Position numbers and translations under genes: made by a program. Below are positions 59,496 to 64,000 of a stretch of DNA of 64,000 nt, piece after piece. Location: positions 32,001-96,000 of the forward strand of contig JAZQOV010000002.1 in assembly GCA_045628045.1 (NCBI GenBank), read 5' to 3'. The stretch comes from Bacilli bacterium. GTDB taxonomy: Bacteria; Bacillota_I; Bacilli_A; RFN20; CAG-826. Below the pieces are notes generated by a model. The model was not told where the DNA came from, did not search any database, and worked only from the letters and a program-made list of their open reading frames with translations. Positions within the stretch are counted from its first letter, which is position 1. The number at the start of each line of letters is the position of its first letter.

Positions 59496-61103
59496 ATGAT
59501 GAAATTAATTACAGAAGTCGCAAAAACAGCTAAGATCGATGACAAGTACATTGACATGTATGGCAAATACAAAGCAAAGATTGATTTGTCCATTATGGAT
59601 GAACTTAAAAACAAGAAAGACGGAAAACTTGTTTTAGTCACAGCTATTACTCCAACCAAAACCGGTGAAGGAAAGACAACTATGTCAATCGCATTAGCCG
59701 AAGGTTTTGCTAAGGTTGGTACTAATTGTATGCTCGCTTTAAGAGAGCCTTCTCTTGGGCCTGTTTTTGGCCTTAAAGGCGGTGCTACTGGTGGTGGACT
59801 TGCTTCAATTCAACCAAAAGACGATATTAATCTTCATTTTACTGGAGATATGCATGCTTTAACTTCTTCAATTAATTTAATTGCTGCCGTTATTGATAAC
59901 CACATTTTCCAAGGAAATGAATTAAACATTGATCCTTCAAAGATTGTTTGGACCCGTGCTCTTGATATGAATGATAGAGCTCTTAGAAGCGTTACTGTCA
60001 TGCAAGATGAAAAGAAGGGCCAACCAAGACATGAACAATTTGTTATTACAGTTGCTTCAGAAATGATGGCAATTATGTGTCTTGCAAAAGATCCTGAAGA
60101 CTTTAGAAATAGAGTTAACAACATAGTTGTCGCTTATACATTTGATGGAAAACCTGTTTATTTAAAACAACTTCGTATTTCAAATGCAATTATGAAGTTG
60201 ATGAGAGAGGCTTTAAAACCAAATCTTGTTCAAACTGAAGAAAATAATCCTACTTTAGTACATGGTGGACCATTTGCTAATATTGCTCATGGCTGTAACT
60301 CAGTTATCGCAATGAAAATGGCTCTTAAACTTGGCGACGTAGTCGTTACAGAGGCAGGCTTCGGCGCTGATCTTGGTGCTGAAAAATTCTTAGATATTTG
60401 CTGCCCAACTGGCGGATTTACTCCTAGTGGAGTTGTAATGGTCGCAACAATACGTGCTCTAAAAGAGCATGGTGGTGTTCCATTTGAAGATTTAAAGACT
60501 CCAAATGTTGAAGCCTTAAAGAAAGGCGTTGGAAACCTTAAATTACATTTAGAGAACATTCAAAAGTACGGTTTACCAGTCGTTGTTGCAATTAATCACT
60601 TTGCTGATGACTCACAAGAAGAAATTGAATGGCTTACTGCATGGTGCAAAGAAAATGGATATTTTGTTTCCTTTGTCGATGGTTTCGCCAAAGGTGGAGA
60701 AGGTTCTATTGATTTGGCAAATAAAGTTAACGAAATGCTTGCAACTAAACCTTCAAAATATCACAAACTTTATGACTATAATCTTTCCATTAAAGAAAAG
60801 ATTGAAACAGTCTGTAAAGAAATCTATAGAGCAGGTGCTGTTGAATTTAGTGAAAAAGCACTTGAACAGATTGCTACATTTGAGAAATTTGGCTATGCCA
60901 AAACACCAGTTTGTATGGCAAAGACACCATTATCAATTACTGAAGATCCAAAAGTTTATGGTGCTCCAACCGGTCACACAGTTCACATTCGTGAAATTAG
61001 ACTTTCTGCAGGTGCAAATTTCATCGTCGCACTTACTGGAGCAGTTATGACAATGCCAGGACTTCCAAAAGTTCCAGCTGCTGTCAAAATGGAAGACGAA
61101 TAA
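59496..61103 (+). CDS. fhs: Formate--tetrahydrofolate ligase
   Basis: TPTKTGEGKTT, LREPSLGP, HGGPFANIAHG, TEAGFGADLGAEKF, MTMPGLP. Confidence 0.96.
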   Translation: MMKLITEVAKTAKIDDKYIDMYGKYKAKIDLSIMDELKNKKDGKLVLVTAITPTKTGEGKTTMSIALAEGFAKVGTNCMLALREPSLGPVFGLKGGATGGGLASIQPKDDINLHFTGDMHALTSSINLIAAVIDNHIFQGNELNIDPSKIVWTRALDMNDRALRSVTVMQDEKKGQPRHEQFVITVASEMMAIMCLAKDPEDFRNRVNNIVVAYTFDGKPVYLKQLRISNAIMKLMREALKPNLVQTEENNPTLVHGGPFANIAHGCNSVIAMKMALKLGDVVVTEAGFGADLGAEKFLDICCPTGGFTPSGVVMVATIRALKEHGGVPFEDLKTPNVEALKKGVGNLKLHLENIQKYGLPVVVAINHFADDSQEEIEWLTAWCKENGYFVSFVDGFAKGGEGSIDLANKVNEMLATKPSKYHKLYDYNLSIKEKIETVCKEIYRAGAVEFSEKALEQIATFEKFGYAKTPVCMAKTPLSITEDPKVYGAPTGHTVHIREIRLSAGANFIVALTGAVMTMPGLPKVPAAVKMEDE

Positions 61104-61300
61104 TGAAGGACTTAAATTATCAATTAGGTGATATTGTTGAATTAAAGAAGCCTCATCCATGTTCAACGCACTCTACAAAATTTAAAATTGTTAGAGTTGG
61201 CGCTGACCTTAAAATTGAGTGTCTTGGATGTGGTAATGTTTTGCTCATTAGTAGAGACAACTTTAATAAAAGGCTAAAAAGAGTTATCAAAGATAACTAA
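61103..61300 (+). CDS. DUF951 family protein
   Basis: LGDIVELKKPHPC, RVGADLKIECLGC. Confidence 0.9.
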   Translation: MKDLNYQLGDIVELKKPHPCSTHSTKFKIVRVGADLKIECLGCGNVLLISRDNFNKRLKRVIKDN

Positions 61301-61351
61301 AAAATAAATTAACACAAAACTGACAAAAATACATATCTAGTATATGAGAGT

Positions 61352-63442
61352 ATGTCAGTTTTTATTTTAGAAAAAGTCTCAAAATCATTTAAAGTCGACA
61401 AGGGAAATGTCGAGGTTTTAAAAGACATCAGTTTAAGTTTCCCAGACAAAGGTCTTGTTTCAATTGTCGGCAAATCTGGATCAGGAAAATCAACGCTCCT
61501 TAACCTCCTTATAGGTATTGAAAAACCTACAAAAGGAAAAATATTCTATAAAAAACACGACATAAGTAAGTTTAATGATAGGAAATTTTCATCATACCAT
61601 CTGAATGAAGTCTCGTTAGTATTTCAACACTACAATTTGTTTGAAAATTTAAGTGCATATGAAAATGTAATTTTGCCTTTAAAAATGAAAAATGCAAAAA
61701 AGCGAAAATTCAAGAGTAAAATACATCAAATTTTTAAAGATTTAAATATCGAAAATTTATCAAAAAGAAAGGTTTCAAAATTATCGGGAGGAGAAAAACA
61801 AAGAGTCGCTATTGCAAGAGCTTTAGCTACAGAGCCAAGTGTCATTCTTTGTGATGAACCAACCGGTGCATTAGATTCTCAAAATGGTGAGGAAATAATG
61901 CGGATTTTAAAGGAAAAATCCCAGAAAATCCTTATTATTTTGGTTTCGCATAATTTAGAATTGGTTCAAAAATATTCTGACAAAATTGTTGAAATTAGAG
62001 ATGGAAAAATAGTGAATGATAAATCAATTTTTGTATATGATTCATTAGCTAAAAAAGAAAGGCTTAAAAGAAGATATTCAAGTGCTTGGAACCTATCTTT
62101 TTTATTTAGGAATTTGAGGAAGAATTTTATTAAAAATTTCTTTAGCTTTTTATCGTGCCTTCTAGGATTTTCTTCAATGTTTTTATGCGTTGGTTTTTCT
62201 GTTGGTTCCGAAATCTCCCAAAACGAGGCACTAATGAAGAATCTTTCTATCACTTATTCAACAATTTCTGCAGTAGAAACAGTTGATCTACAAGACTCAC
62301 CTTTAACGTATCAAAAAACAATACGGCCAGAGCTGTTCCAGGTAGATGAAGCTCTTAATGATGTTGAAGGATACAAAGTAGGAGAAAATCTTGCTTACCT
62401 TCTATCTAGTTCTCCATCATGCTCTTTTGAAGATGAAATTCAAAATGAATTTCAAATGATTCCACTTTATGATTTATCATTAAAAAATTTTGGAGTAGAT
62501 TTACTTATTTCCGGAAAGACTGGAAAGAATAATTTTGATGAGGTCATTGTTAATCAAGAATTTTTAGATATGTTTTCTAACTTAAAAGTAAATGATGAGT
62601 TCATTCTTAAGAATTCAACAACTGTTATTTATAACACATATAACGAAAATGATCCTTTTATCAAAGACCAATTGATAATTGAAAAACCCATGAAGATTGT
62701 TGGTGTTGTTAAGGAATTCCCTTTCCTAAACAGCCCAAAAGTTTACTATTCATATCTTGGGGCAAGAGACTATTTAAAAGCTCAGATGATGGAGAATCTT
62801 TCTTTCTTTTTAGGAAGGAGAATTTCTTTTTATGAGTATTTAGAAAATGCGAAGAATGATAATGAGGTGACATCATATTCATTAGTGCTTTTTATGGATG
62901 ATGTATCACAAAGTGATAAGTTCTTTCAAAGAATTGAAGAATTAAAAGGAACAAACATAGAAATTACTTCTAGCGCTTTGGAAGTTAAGAACACTTATAA
63001 GATGTTTGTATCATCATTTTCGAAAACGCTAATCATTTTTGTTGCGATAGCGTTTATTGGTATTAATTTAATTTTGGGAATGATTTCACTATCAACTTTT
63101 ATTGAGAATAAGAAAAATACCGCGATACTCACCTGCTTAGGGAGCAGAAATTCTTCGATTTACAAGATTTATCTTATTGAGAATTATATTTTGATTGGAA
63201 TCTCATTTATTTCTTCTTTATTTTTATCTAAATATCTTCAATCAATTTTAAACCCTCTTATTTCCACTAAATTTGCTTTATCAAATCTTATCCAAATTCC
63301 ATTCGAAAACTTCTTAGGAATTAACTACGGGTTAATCATAATTTTATCTATTATTTCAGTTATTTTTTCAACTATATTTTCTTTGACACCGATGATGATT
63401 TATAGACATGGTTTTATTGCTGATGAATTGAGGGATGAATGA
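61352..63442 (+). CDS. MacB-like ABC transporter, fused ATPase/permease
   Basis: GKSGSGKST, LSGGEKQR, CDEPTGALD, then one TM, an extracellular domain and an FtsX-like C-terminus. Confidence 0.88.
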   Translation: MSVFILEKVSKSFKVDKGNVEVLKDISLSFPDKGLVSIVGKSGSGKSTLLNLLIGIEKPTKGKIFYKKHDISKFNDRKFSSYHLNEVSLVFQHYNLFENLSAYENVILPLKMKNAKKRKFKSKIHQIFKDLNIENLSKRKVSKLSGGEKQRVAIARALATEPSVILCDEPTGALDSQNGEEIMRILKEKSQKILIILVSHNLELVQKYSDKIVEIRDGKIVNDKSIFVYDSLAKKERLKRRYSSAWNLSFLFRNLRKNFIKNFFSFLSCLLGFSSMFLCVGFSVGSEISQNEALMKNLSITYSTISAVETVDLQDSPLTYQKTIRPELFQVDEALNDVEGYKVGENLAYLLSSSPSCSFEDEIQNEFQMIPLYDLSLKNFGVDLLISGKTGKNNFDEVIVNQEFLDMFSNLKVNDEFILKNSTTVIYNTYNENDPFIKDQLIIEKPMKIVGVVKEFPFLNSPKVYYSYLGARDYLKAQMMENLSFFLGRRISFYEYLENAKNDNEVTSYSLVLFMDDVSQSDKFFQRIEELKGTNIEITSSALEVKNTYKMFVSSFSKTLIIFVAIAFIGINLILGMISLSTFIENKKNTAILTCLGSRNSSIYKIYLIENYILIGISFISSLFLSKYLQSILNPLISTKFALSNLIQIPFENFLGINYGLIIILSIISVIFSTIFSLTPMMIYRHGFIADELRDE

Positions 63443-64000
63443 TGTTAAAAATAAAAAAACTCACAAAAAAATACGGGAAAAGAGTACTATTTTCGGATTT
63501 TTCATATGACTTTCCAGATACAGGTCTTATAGCTTTAATAGGTGAATCAGGAAGCGGTAAATCAACTCTTCTCAATCTGATTTCAGGCATTGATTTGGAT
63601 TATGGTGGAAGCATTGAAATTGATGAAGCGAATTTCAAGAAAATGTCTCTATCAAAAATCTTAGATTATCGTGTTCAAAATATTGGTTATGTTTTTCAAA
63701 ATTTTAATTTACTAAATCTTGACAGTGTTGCCCATAATGTTTATTTCCCATTAGACACAATTTGCAATGATAAAGAAGCATTAAAAAAACAACGAACGAC
63801 TGATGCTTTGAATCTTGTCGGAATGAATCATAAAGCTAAGGTTAGCATCAATAAATTATCAGGCGGTGAAAAACAGCGTGTTGCAATTGCTAGAGCGCTT
63901 GTAAATAACCCAAAAATAATCTTATGTGACGAGCCTACTGGAGCACTTGACGAAAAGAATAGCGAGATTGTTTTCAATCTATTAAAACGCGTTTCAAAAA
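63439..64000 (+). CDS. ABC transporter ATP-binding protein, 3'-truncated by the window edge
   Basis: ATG overlaps the previous stop; MLKIKKLTKKY, GESGSGKST, LSGGEKQR, CDEPTGALD; frame open to the window end. Confidence 0.88.
   Translation, partial: MMLKIKKLTKKYGKRVLFSDFSYDFPDTGLIALIGESGSGKSTLLNLISGIDLDYGGSIEIDEANFKKMSLSKILDYRVQNIGYVFQNFNLLNLDSVAHNVYFPLDTICNDKEALKKQRTTDALNLVGMNHKAKVSINKLSGGEKQRVAIARALVNNPKIILCDEPTGALDEKNSEIVFNLLKRVSK

Noticed and set aside
61040-61103. Fhs C-terminus slightly shorter than typical
   Set aside because: All catalytic motifs are present and the stop is coupled to the next gene; no evidence of pseudogenisation.

Overview
Core chromosomal segment of a low-GC, reduced-genome Bacilli/Mollicutes-like bacterium. 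It uses the standard bacterial code (TGG = Trp, TGA used as stop). Gene order follows Bacillus in places, but ponA and gpsA are missing from their usual slots; an uncultured gut/rumen lineage is inferred. Almost all genes are on the + strand. Left end: two toxin-antitoxin modules (Phd/YefM-PIN and RHH-MNT/HEPN) stacked upstream of rsuA, with a diverged duplicate of the first ~50 nt of rsuA between them. Next come lemA, an NDP-sugar transferase, pgm, preTA, a gdhA-DUF1015-serC-serA operon, a STAS-kinase, a lipoprotein, carbamate kinase, dCMP deaminase, ecfA1A2T-truA and yebC. A structured 23.4-23.75 kb intergenic locus resembles a type I toxin-antitoxin system. Then rplM-rpsI, a YghO/bacterial-ceramide-synthase-like GNAT + DUF819 + acyl-CoA ligase operon, four tRNAs, recX-yhaM, hit, two large PrsA-like lipoproteins, sufCDSUB-mnmG-rsmG, an FMN riboswitch with ribU, and fer. 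The right part holds cmk-der-hup, a short CCA-type enzyme, dnaD-nth, recU, gpsB overlapping rnpB, pgsA-cinA-recA, rny-ymdB-miaB-ymcA-miaA-tcdA, fhs and two ABC transporter genes. No CRISPR array, rRNA, transposase or integrase was seen. All calls come from reading motifs by eye; no searches were run.
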